From Lytechinus pictus (Eukaryota): a stretch of DNA of 64,000 nt. Under the pieces are notes generated by a model. It was given only the letters and a program-made list of their open reading frames with translations, had not been told where the DNA came from and made no database searches. Position 1 is the first letter of the stretch, and each line of letters starts with the position of its first letter. Shown here piece after piece: positions 42,499 through 53,176 of this stretch. The stretch spans positions 42,038,001 through 42,102,000 of the forward strand of contig NC_087251.1 in NCBI RefSeq assembly GCF_037042905.1. Direction: 5' to 3'. The position numbers were made by a program, and so were the translations under genes.

Positions 42499-45400
42499 TT
42501 AAGTAGACGAATCATATTAAATGCCCAAATTCCATATTGATAAACTTTAGGTGTTATCTTGGTTTGCACATTTTTGTTCAATTCTCAAATGTGGCTTTGT
42601 GGATATAACGGGTGTATGGAGGATCGGGGGGGGGGGGTAAGTCTCGCCCATCAGTTCACAGTTCATAATAAGTACATAAAATTATAGGTTGTTGTTTAGG
42701 TTTAACCATAACGTGATTACTTCTCTATCTCAAGATGTCATAGAACTCTTCTTTAATCAGCAATTAGTTTAGTGCTTGATCTCTCCCGTTTCCAACATTT
42801 GAAACCACGACCACTTTTATGCTACAGTCATACTATTGAAGTCGATCACAGACCGATCAAAGCTATGACGTTATTTCGAATGGCATTAAGTCAATCGTTT
42901 TGGAGGCGGTTCTTTTAGTATGAATGAATACAGACAATAACAATGAAGCTCCTCCCTCATCGTTAAACATTCAACCCTCCTTTCACCACAGAATGTCCTC
43001 GATCTAGCTTTCTCGAATGAATCCTTGATGTCGCTTTCTCGCTGATTGGGATTCCGTATTCTAAATTCTCAAAAAAATATGTTTTTACTCGGTGCGTGTG
43101 ACGACGCAACGGAAGGCCTTGCGTTTTTGCTAACGGTGGTGGTAAATCGAAATTCGACCAAGAAGTGACTGTACTTTTCATTCAGGGTCTATTGTCTTCA
43201 TGCCACTAGTGATCTTGGCTGGCATGTTTAGAGTATGAGTTTGAGAAAAAGCATGGGAGATAAGAAAAAAAAAACAATGGATGATTATCTGGGAATGATT
43301 CCGTTCAATGCAATGTGTAATATATTATGAAGAATAAAATTGAAGGACGCACATGTGAGATATATAAAATCTACATATTATAAAATCTACTGATTATCTG
43401 AGGGAGAGAGAGAGAGGGGGGGAGGGGGAGGGGGAAGCGAGGGGGGCATGAGGAGATTGGTAAAAGGGAGAGAGAGAGAGAGAGAAAAGAAGAGGTAATA
43501 CTAAAGTGGGCCGCTAGAGGGTATTCATACACACAGAGAAAAAAAATTATGGAGAGAAAAGAACGGGAAGAAAAATATAATGCCTATTTATGTTGCCTTT
43601 ATTCTAGATTATATCATAAAACATGAACAATTTGAATGTAGGCCAGAGGTTAGTATCAATTGCCAGTAAAGTATGGCCTATACTGTCAACTATTTTAGAT
43701 TAATTGATGTAGGCATCCATTTTCTAAATAAAGAAATGATTACACCCATATTTTAATTTGGTAAATTCTCTTTCATATCTTACGACATGGATATTTTTGT
43801 AATCATTGGGTAATAAAAAAAGGGGGAGAATTTTTTTTTTTAAGCCATAGGATGATTATCAAAAAAAATATCAAGACTGTGCAGTATTATTGTTACCGAT
43901 AGATGGCGTTATGCGCTAAAAAATACAGGGGTTCAACATGACTTGGATAGGTGGGACCGTCGTGGGACCCCCTAGAACTCAAAAATGTTTTTGTTTTTCA
44001 CCCTAATCACATCTTGATCAGTTATTTTTTTTGACATGGAATCAACAACTGACCAATCCCAACCACTTTAAACAGTAAAAACCGAAAGGAGATTAATCTG
44101 ATATACAGATAATGATTATGTGTTTTACCCCAAAAAAACCCAATAAATCACCAAGAGCTGATACAAAAATATGTAATGTCAGGATTTGACATAAGATCGC
44201 TACAATTCACACAGCTCAATCGCAGAGGTGTCACTAGAAATTTTTGGCAGGGATGGGTAACCGGAAACCCCCCAAATGTGATAATGTTTTCTTTTTTTTA
44301 TGAAGAGTAAAATATTGTATTGAACACTTACAGCTTTAATTTGATGCTTGTGAATTCTGGAGGGGGTAATTTAAAAAAAGTCAGGATGGAGAAACAAAGG
44401 CTCTAACTCCCCACCCCTTGGTGCCGCCACTGAGCAACCAGGCAGTGTATATATATATATTTCAATGTATTCCTCTGGTAAAAAAACAAACAAAAACACG
44501 ACAAAACTTCAAATCCGTCGTAGATGGCGTAGTGACAAGTCAAAGCACTGCCGGATGAATGTTTTCAAAATGTATCTTATCTTTATTCCAACAGAAGATA
44601 AGCAGTTGATTTATGTTTATCTGGAGGCCTTACATGAATTGAAAGTGTCATGATTCGGAGGAAGTCTAAACCTATTAGCTATTATGGCCTCAAGAGGGAC
44701 CTTTCATTCAAATCATAATTGAAAACAAAATTGATTGACCCACAGTGAGGAAGTGAAACTTAGGACGGTAAGGGGGGGGGGGGCGCCCGGGGGGGGGGTG
44801 GGCTTCCAAGTCTCCTCATCAACACTTAGTCCAAATCGTCCAAAGTGATTTAGCAGCCAAATTATTCAATTCAATTTCAATTTATTAGTAGTAGACACAT
44901 GTACGTTTATGATATACACCGGGGATATATACATTCCCGGGTACCGGATACAGAAAATATAACAGAAATAAAGTGAAGTAGAAAAAAACAAAAAATACAA
45001 ATAAAATGAATAATCGGTAGAGTCCATGGTCTGCGAAGACAAAAAAGGTGCAAAATACAAAATATAAATAAAGCGTCGCAGTTCGCACATGCAGCTTACC
45101 ATACTTTACTGCGGAAAATATGGTAGGCACTTATGATCCAAGTTTGAAAGGAGACTCGTAAAATGACGTCAGTCTCGCCGATGAATATTCATTAGATCGT
45201 GGTCGTGCGTGTTCAATACACACTGCGTGCAGGCATGCAGATAGTTATATGCGAGGAACTTTGGCTCCAGAGACAAGTTGTCAAATAACGTGTGTGTGTG
45301 TGCGTGTGTGTACCATCGGCTGGTAGTATGCCATGCTGTCTAAGACTTCAAACGCGTCGGAGAGAGTGCATGGCAATTCGGTAAAACGAAGTTTCCGATA

Positions 45401-45756
45401 TAAAGAGATAATAAAATAACACTATGTACAGTACGCCCGGGGGGGGCCACTTACATTGACGAGTGGATACCATGCGCGACCAAAAAAACACGTAAAAAGG
45501 ATGTCTTTTTCAAGAGAGGGCACGTTACGTACGTAATTAACGTGATAAGGGTGTCAAAAACACAAAAATATTGAAAAAAGGGTATCTATTTCCAGTACGT
45601 TCAGAGGCAAATGTCAGATCAGGGGAGGCAGGAGTACAATCAGGTTTTTTTAAAGGGAAGAATAGTGTAGAATAAAAGGTATTATATATAGCCAAATAGG
45701 TGAGGGAAGTGAACAATGATGTTTTTAAAAAAAAGAATGAATATACCTTACCTGAA

Positions 45757-47891
45757 TATTATGGTGAAGCCAATTTAAAAGGAGGTGAGACAAGTTTCAA
45801 TGGAGGTTTTAAAAAAGAATAAACTGTATTATGGTGAAGCCAATTTAAAAGGAGGTGAGGCAAGTTTCAATGGAGGTTTTTAAAAAGAATAAACTGTACT
45901 ACAAATTATGGTGAAGCCAATTTAAAAGGAGGTGTGAGGCAAGTTTCAATTAACGTTTTTAAAAAGAATAAACTGTACTACAAATTTAAAAGGAGGCGAG
46001 GCAAGTTTCAATTGAGGTTTTTAAAAAGAATAAACTGTACTACAAATTTAAAAGGAGGCGAGGCAAGTTTCAATGGAGGTTTTTAAAAAGAATAAACTGT
46101 ACTACAAATTATGGTGAAGCCAATTTAAAAGGAGGTGAGGCAAGTTTTAATGGAGGTTTTTAAAAAGAATAAACTGTATTATGGTGAAGCCAATTTAAAA
46201 GGAGGTGAGGCAAGTTTCAATGGAGGTTTTTAAAAAGAATAAACTGTACTACAAATTATGGTGAAGCCAATTTAAAAGGAGGTGAGGCAAGTTTTAATGG
46301 AGGTTTTTAAAAGGAATAAACTGTATTATGGTGAAGCCAATTTAAAAGGATGTGAGGCAAGTTTCAATGGAGGTTTTTAAAAAGAATAAACTGTATATGG
46401 TGAAGCCAATTTAAAAGGAGGTGAGGCAAGTTTCAATGGAGGTTTTTAAAAAGAATAAACTGTATTATGGTGAAGCCAATTTAAAAGGAGGTGAGGCAAG
46501 TTTCAATGTTTCCGATATAAAGAGATAATAAAATAACACTATGTACAGTACGCCCGGGGGGGGCCACTTACATTGACGAGTGGATACCATGCGCGACCAA
46601 AAAAACACGTAAAAAGGATGTCTTTTTCAAGAGAGGGCACGTTACGTACGTAATTAACGTGATAAGGGTGTCAAAAACACAAAAATATTGAAAAAAGGGT
46701 ATGGAGGTTTTTAAAAAGAATAAACTGTACTACAAATTATGGTGAAGCCAATTTAAAAGGAGGTGAGGCAAGTTTTAATGGAGGTTTTTAAAAAGAATAA
46801 ACTGTATTATGGTGAAGCCAATTTAAAAGGAGGTGAGGCAAGTTTCAATGGAGGTTTTTAAAAAGAATAAACTGTACTACAAATTATGGTGAAGCCAATT
46901 TAAAAGGAGGTGAGGCAAGTTTTAATGGAGGTTTTTAAAAAGAATAAACTGTATTATGGTGAAGCCAATTTAAAAGGAGGTGAGGCAAGTTTCAATGTTT
47001 CCGATATAAAGAGATAATAAAATAACACTATGTACAGTACGCCCGGGGGGGGCCACTTACATTGACGAGTGGATACCATGCGCGACCAAAAAAACACGTA
47101 AAAAGGATGTCTTTTTCAAGAGAGGGCACGTTACGTACGTAATTAACGTGATAAGGGTGTCAAAAACACAAAAATATTGAAAAAAGCCGGGTATGGAGGT
47201 TTTTAAAAAGAATAAACTGTACTACAAATTATGGTGAAGCCAATTTAAAAGGAGGTGAGGCAAGTTTTAATGGAGGTTTTTAAAAAGAATAAACTGTATT
47301 ATGGTGAAGCCAATTTAAAAGGAGGTGAGGCAAGTTTCAATGGAGGTTTTTAAAAAAGAATAAACTGTACTACAAATTACGGTGAAGCCAATTCAAAAGG
47401 AGGTGAGGCTAGTTTCAATGGAGGTTTAAAAAATAAACTGTATTATGGTGAAGCCAATTTAAAAGGAGGTGAGGCAAGTTACAATTGAGGTTTTTTAAAA
47501 GAATAAACTGTACTACAAATTTGAAAGGAGGTGAGGCAAGTTTCAATGGAGGTTTTTAAAAAGAATAAACTGTATTACAAGTTATGGTGAAGCCAATTTA
47601 AAAGGAGGTGAGGCAAGCCTCAATGGAGGTTTTTGACAAGAATAAACTGTATTATGGTGAAGCCAATTTAAAAGGAGGTGAGACAAGTTTCAATGGAGGT
47701 TTTAAAAAAGAATAAACTGTATTATGGTGAAGCCAATTTAAAAGGAGGTGAGGCAAGTTTTAATGGAGGTTTTTAAAAAGAATAAACTGTATTATGGTGA
47801 AGCCAATTTAAAAGGAGGCGAGGCAAGTTTTAATGGAGATTTTTAAAAAGAATAAACTGTATTATGGTGAAGCCAATTTAAAAGGAGGTGA
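45757..47891 (+). repeat. 70-bp tandem array in the left arm of the foldback element
   Basis: Unit ATGGTGAAGCCAATTTAAAAGGAGGTGAGGCAAGTTTCAATGGAGGTTTTTAAAAAGAATAAACTGTATT with ~63- and ~77-bp variants. Interrupted at 46508-46702 and 46997-47194. Confidence 0.95.
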
Positions 47892-50254
47892 TCACATCCT
47901 AAGCTGTAAAATGATTTATCTTGTTAATATTGATCAATAATATCCCTCGCTAGTACTTCATTGAATGCAGAAGAAGTTTGGTGAGAGCTTCAACAAATAA
48001 GAGAACAAGATTTGGGGTTCACTTAAGCATGCGATGTGTAATATGTAGTTCAACTACTTAGCAGTGAGCAAAACACGGATATCAAAGTCTTGTATTTTGT
48101 CTTCAACTTTTACAACCTCACATTTTGACAGTATGAAGAAATTTCTTTTTTTTTTCGGATAAACCAATATTCTAAATATGCGTTTGGAAAACTGAATTAC
48201 TATTTTGGTTATTTTCTACGAACCTTCCCTGGCAACTTATTGTTGATATTTGGGTGGCTGGCCACATTTGTTTTGAGAAAAAATATCAAAGAGTATATGA
48301 AAAAAATATTTATGTAAAAAAGCTTGCCTAGCTGTTGGTATTTTCTTCTATTGTACTTTGTCATGTAACTCTGGTAGATTTCATTTCGTTACACAAAATG
48401 GGGTTCAGTATTCAGAAAAACCATTAACCTTGCCTCAACCACAACAGTACTTGCCAAACTGGATAAATCAACATTATATCAAGCTGTGTAGAAGAACTTA
48501 ATGATCATGTAGATACCATTAAGTGCATACATATATAATGTCTTTCAAGCTGTATGACAAAAATATTCTTTTCCATCCAACATCAGCTTCTACTATTTTT
48601 TAAGGTTAGTTTTTATTGTCATGTTGGCAAATTGTGAAATAGTTCATGTTGAAATATGTTGTATTACCTGTCATGCATTTGTAATGTTATTTTTTTAGAA
48701 TATATTCTGTCATCATTTTCAGTACATAAAAGTTTATTCAATGTATGCCTTTACCAAAGTTGGCCATAAGCACAGTGGGTACCAACTATCACTGAAGACA
48801 ACACAACAATTACTCAAAATATATGCATAGCCTTATGAATGTACAAGTCAATAAAATCTACTATGACTACATAGCTTTTTTTTTGTGCAACACAGTCATA
48901 TTTCATTTGGATCAATTCAAAATTGAGTGGTGTTTTGGGGGTAATGCTATGGTAACTGCAGTTCTGTTGTCCTCTGACAGTTGGTGTTGTAAGGATGTGA
49001 TTGGCAGTGTGTGGACGTCATGTTATAAGAGAAAAAAGAAAGTTAAAGTGAGAGTGTTGGCTTTGAAATGGACTCAACCTATGAAAGTTAAAGTTTGTGC
49101 TGCAGAAACTGGTGTGGTAGTGGGATGATAATGATGATGAGGAACAGGGCCGGTATTCAATGCTACTCTTAAAGCCACAATTTCAAGTATATTTTACTCA
49201 GTATTTTGCAAAAGTAAAATACTTATCCATCTTTGGTATTCAATTGCATTTTTTTTGGGCTAAATATTTTGCTTAAATGTAAGTCAGCCATCTACTAGAC
49301 TTAAGTCTACATATACAAAAATGATACGCACAGAAATACATTCACACATTTGGCACTATTTGGCTCAAAACTTATAACATCACAATGGGTATTAGTATTT
49401 AGTTCAATTTGGATAAGGTAAATTCTGAGATCTGATCTGCATACAAGTTTAAGCATTTTGATAAGCCAGCCAAATTGCTATAAGTAAAATACTTACAAAA
49501 TCAAAACTTAGAATTTAATAGGCGGCCGAGGTATTATTTTCTTCCAGAGGACATGTACAGATTTCTTGTTGACAAAGGATGACATGATGATTATTTTGCA
49601 AATATGGCTTATTAAAAAATATATTATGTATATTCCATTTCAGTGACAATTGCATTTTTGGGGAGGGGATATTACGTATTTGGGAATGGAAAAGTTCAAA
49701 ATTAATGCAAACTTAACCTATTTACGCAGGGGGGGGGGGGGCTCTGAGCTCTGCGATTTAAAAAAAAAAAGTCTTTTGCATGTTTTGAGACCAGTTTTGC
49801 GAAGCCCGGGTACTGGGTTCTGAAAATTACCAAACAATTTGTAAGTGCATATCAGACAAAAATGGCTCAAAATTGTGATATTTGTGTACCACGTCAATGG
49901 AATATGCGTTTTCAACCAAAATTCATGAATGCCTAATTGTTTTTAGTTTTGTTGAACTAAACTGATTTATTTTATGCTGTTACGAGAGTCCGAGCATCGT
50001 TGAAAAAAAACAATGCAATACAAAGGTAAAAACACAAGAAATACATTATCGAGGACACCACAAAGAGTTTCTAAACCAAAAATTAGAACATTTGGAGCTT
50101 TATTTAGGGAGTTAGAGGAATAGGTATAGTATACTAATTATGCACAAATGAGCATAATCAATTAATAGCAATTTGCATGAAATAAATAACCACACAATTT
50201 TGTGGATTATTAAAAGCAATTGCGATCTTTTTCTTCACTATTCATTGTTTTTAG

Positions 50255-51445
50255 AAACCTCATTGTAGACTTGCCTCATGCACCTCTCAAGATGGCTTCA
50301 TCATTTGAATTATATTCTACACTTATCATTCTTTAAAAAAAATCATTGTAGACATGCCTCACCTCCTCTCAAATTGCCTTCACCATAACTTGTAATACAG
50401 TTTATTCTTTTTAAAAACCTCCATTGAAACTTGCCTCACCTCCTTTTGAATTGGCTTCACCATAATTTGTAGTACATGCAGTTTATTCTTTTTTTAAAAA
50501 CCTCCATTGAAACTTGCCTCACCTCCTTTTAAATTGGCTTCACCATATACAGTTTATTCTTTTTAAAAACCTCAATTGAAACTTGCCTCACCTCCTTTTA
50601 GATTGGCTTCACCATATACAGTTTATTCTTTTTAAAAACCTCCATTGAAACTTGCCTCACATCCTTTTAAATTGGCTTCACCATAATACAGTTTATTCTT
50701 TTTAAAAACCTCCATTAAAACTTGCATCACCTCCTTTTAAATTGGCTTCACCATAATACAGTTTATTCTTTTTAAAAACCTCCATTGAAACTTGCCTCAC
50801 CTCCTTTTAAATTGGCTTCACCATATACAGTTTATTCTTTTTAAAAACCTCCATTGAAACTTGCCTCACCTCCTTTTAAACTGGCTTCACCATAATACAG
50901 TTTATTCTTTTTAAAAACCTCCATTAAAACTTGCCTCACCTCCTTTTAAACTGGCTTCACCATAATACAGTTTATTCTTTTTAAAAACCTCCATTGAAAC
51001 TTGCCTCGCCTCCTTTTAAATTTGTAGTACAGCTTTATTCTTTTTAAAAAACCTCCATTGAAACTTGCCTCACCTCCTTTTAAACTGGCTTCACCATAAT
51101 ACAGTTTATTCTTTTTAAAAACCTCCATTAAAACTTGCCTCACCTCCTTTTAAACTGGCTTCACCATAATACAGTTTATTCTTTTTAAAAACCTCCATTG
51201 AAACTTGCCTCGCCTCCTTTTAAATTTGTAGTACAGCTTTATTCTTTTTAAAAAACCTCCATTGAAACTTGCCTCACCTCCTTTTAAATTGGCTTCACCA
51301 TAATACAGTTTATTCTTTTTAAAAACCTCCATTAAAACTTGCCTCACCTCCTTTTAAATTGGCTTCACCATAATACAGTTTATTCTTTTTTAAAACCTCC
51401 ATTGAAACTTGTCTCACCTCCTTTTAAATTGGCTTCACCATAATA
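50255..51445 (-). repeat. 70-bp tandem array in the right arm (reverse complement of the left array)
   Basis: Same unit on -. The innermost units (50255-50390) are degenerate. Confidence 0.95.
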
Positions 51446-52011
51446 TTCAGGTAAGGTATATTCATTCTTTTTTTTAAAAACATCATTGTTCACTTCCCTC
51501 ACCTATTTGGCTATATATAATACCTTTTATTCTACACTATTCTTCCCTTTAAAAAAACCTGATTGTACTCCTGCCTCCCCTGATCTGACATTTGCCTCTG
51601 AACGTACTGGAAATAGATACCCTTTTTTCAATATTTTTGTGTTTTTGACACCCTTATCACGTTAATTACGTACGTAACGTGCCCTCTCTTGAAAAAGACA
51701 TCCTTTTTACGTGTTTTTTTGGTCGCGCATGGTATCCACTCGTCAATGTAAGTGGCCCCCCCGGGCGTACTGTACATAGTGTTATTTTATTATCTCTTTA
51801 TATCGGAAACTTCGTTTTACCGAATTGCCATGCACTCTCTCCGACGCGTTTAAAGTCTTAGACAGCATGGCATACTACCAGCCGATGGTACACACACGCA
51901 CACACACACACGTTATTTGACAACTTGTCTCTGGAGCCAAAGTTCCTCGCATATAACTATCTGCATTCCTGCACGCAGTGTGTATTGAACACGCACGACC
52001 ACGATCTAATG

Positions 52012-52642
52012 GTTGGTTGGTGTTGGAGTTTAGTTGGCGCTCTTCAATCTGGTAGATTATCTGCGCCAGGTCGTTTCCATGTTGCTTAATTCCCGCTTCA
52101 ATGTCCTCGGCCGGCGTTAGACTAGTCTGACCTGTCATATAGCGAGGTGCAATATAATTAAGATTAGTTACCTCCACCATTAAATTGTGCATTTTTGTAC
52201 TTCGTAGTATGCAAACTTTTATAAGAAGCTATGTCGAAACACAATTTTAGTAGTCTATAAGAATTAACATCACTAAATATAATCCTCAGAACAAAAGGAA
52301 GCGAGAGGGAGAGATGGAGAGAGATCAGTGGAATATTCTTATTCGAATCTCTTTGTTTTTTTCACATAATTCAGGATTACTTTATAATCTGCATTTCTTC
52401 CCAATAATGTTGCTAGGTCTGATATTGGCGTATTTAATTTCAGGCTTCTTTGCATAGTTCTTCTTTCTCTTTCATATTTATTACAATGTAGTAAAAAATG
52501 TTCTATTGTCTCAGGAACCTGACAATGTGAACATAGACCATTTTCATGTTGATTACATTTATACTGATAATAATTCAATTTACATTTTCCAAGTCTTAGC
52601 CGGTGAATCATAGTCTCTTCAAATCGAATGAGACCTTGATAA
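52012..52642 (-). mobile_element. 5'-truncated I/Nimb-group non-LTR retrotransposon inserted in the right TIR
   Basis: ORF 52339-52611 reads RLRLGK..LN...C-x2-C...ETIEHFLLHC..Y...R (ORF2 C-terminal CCHC finger). It has a 3'UTR TGGCGC...GCGCCA stem-loop (52035-68) and a CCAA-type tail. CTAATG is duplicated at 52006-11 and 52643-48, and the insert is absent from the left arm. Confidence 0.88.
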
Positions 52643-52666
52643 CTAATGAATATTCATCGGCGAGAC

Positions 52667-52674
52667 TGACGTCA
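52667..52674. promoter_or_regulatory. Full palindromic CRE (TGACGTCA) inside the right TIR, ~145 bp upstream of the RMDN ATG
   Basis: Motif seen directly, with a mirror copy at 45164-71. Function untested. Confidence 0.35.
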
Positions 52675-52817
52675 TTTTACGAGTCTCCTTTCAAACTTGG
52701 ATCATAAGTGCCTACCGGAAAATATGAACTGTGACCTGCTGCGCTGCTGAATGTACGGGAAATCATTAATTTTCTCCTTTTTTGCATTACATTTCTCTCG
52801 TGCATTTTAATATAAAG

Positions 52818-53176
52818 ATGTTGAAAAATCTAATGACTTGGAAGGAATTTGGACTCGGTCTTCTTATAGGAGCAAGTGGAACGATTGTCGTCACTCACTT
52901 AGTAAACAATATTTGGGCAAGTGATGTGCAACGGCTCGCAGAAGCTACCAAGGAACTCCAACGGGAGTGCAGGGAGCTCCGGGCAGCTCTCCGAGCGTCC
53001 TCCGACGAGACGGATGGTGAAGTTCGTAGACGAGGAGGACGACCAAGAACACCTGGAGACACTCGGCCTCGAAGTCGGGGTGGTGGTATGAAGAGAGTTG
53101 GATCAGAGATAATATCATTGCACCCTAGCACAAGTGATGAAGATGAAGATCTTGACTTTGAAGAAGCTTACGAGGG
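52818..53176 (+). CDS. RMDN3: RMDN-like coding exon 1 (hydrophobic anchor, coiled coil, acidic FFAT-like tract)
   Basis: MLKNLMTWKEFGLGLLIGASGTIVV...VQRLAEATKELQRECRELRAAL...SDEDEDLDFEEAYE. Donor GG|GTGAAT, phase 2. Alternative ATG at 52833. Confidence 0.88.

Larger units (their letters stand above)
45122..52716. mobile_element. 7.6-kb non-autonomous foldback (Mutator/FB-like) transposon with modular long TIRs
   Basis: Ends GGTAGGCACTTATGATCC ... GGATCATAAGTGCCTACC. The 9-bp direct repeat GGAAAATAT lies at 45113-21 and 52717-25. The outer ~630 bp of the arms are near-identical inverted copies, followed by inverted 70-bp arrays. No transposase ORF is seen. Confidence 0.92.

Noticed and set aside
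45757..51445. CRISPR-like or coding interpretation of the 70-bp arrays
   Set aside because: Units are contiguous with no unique spacers, there are no cas genes, the context is eukaryotic, and the short ORFs are repeat translations.
51875..52192. 105-aa ORF on -
   Set aside because: It runs from the LINE 3'UTR across the insertion junction into TIR sequence, so it is a chance fusion.
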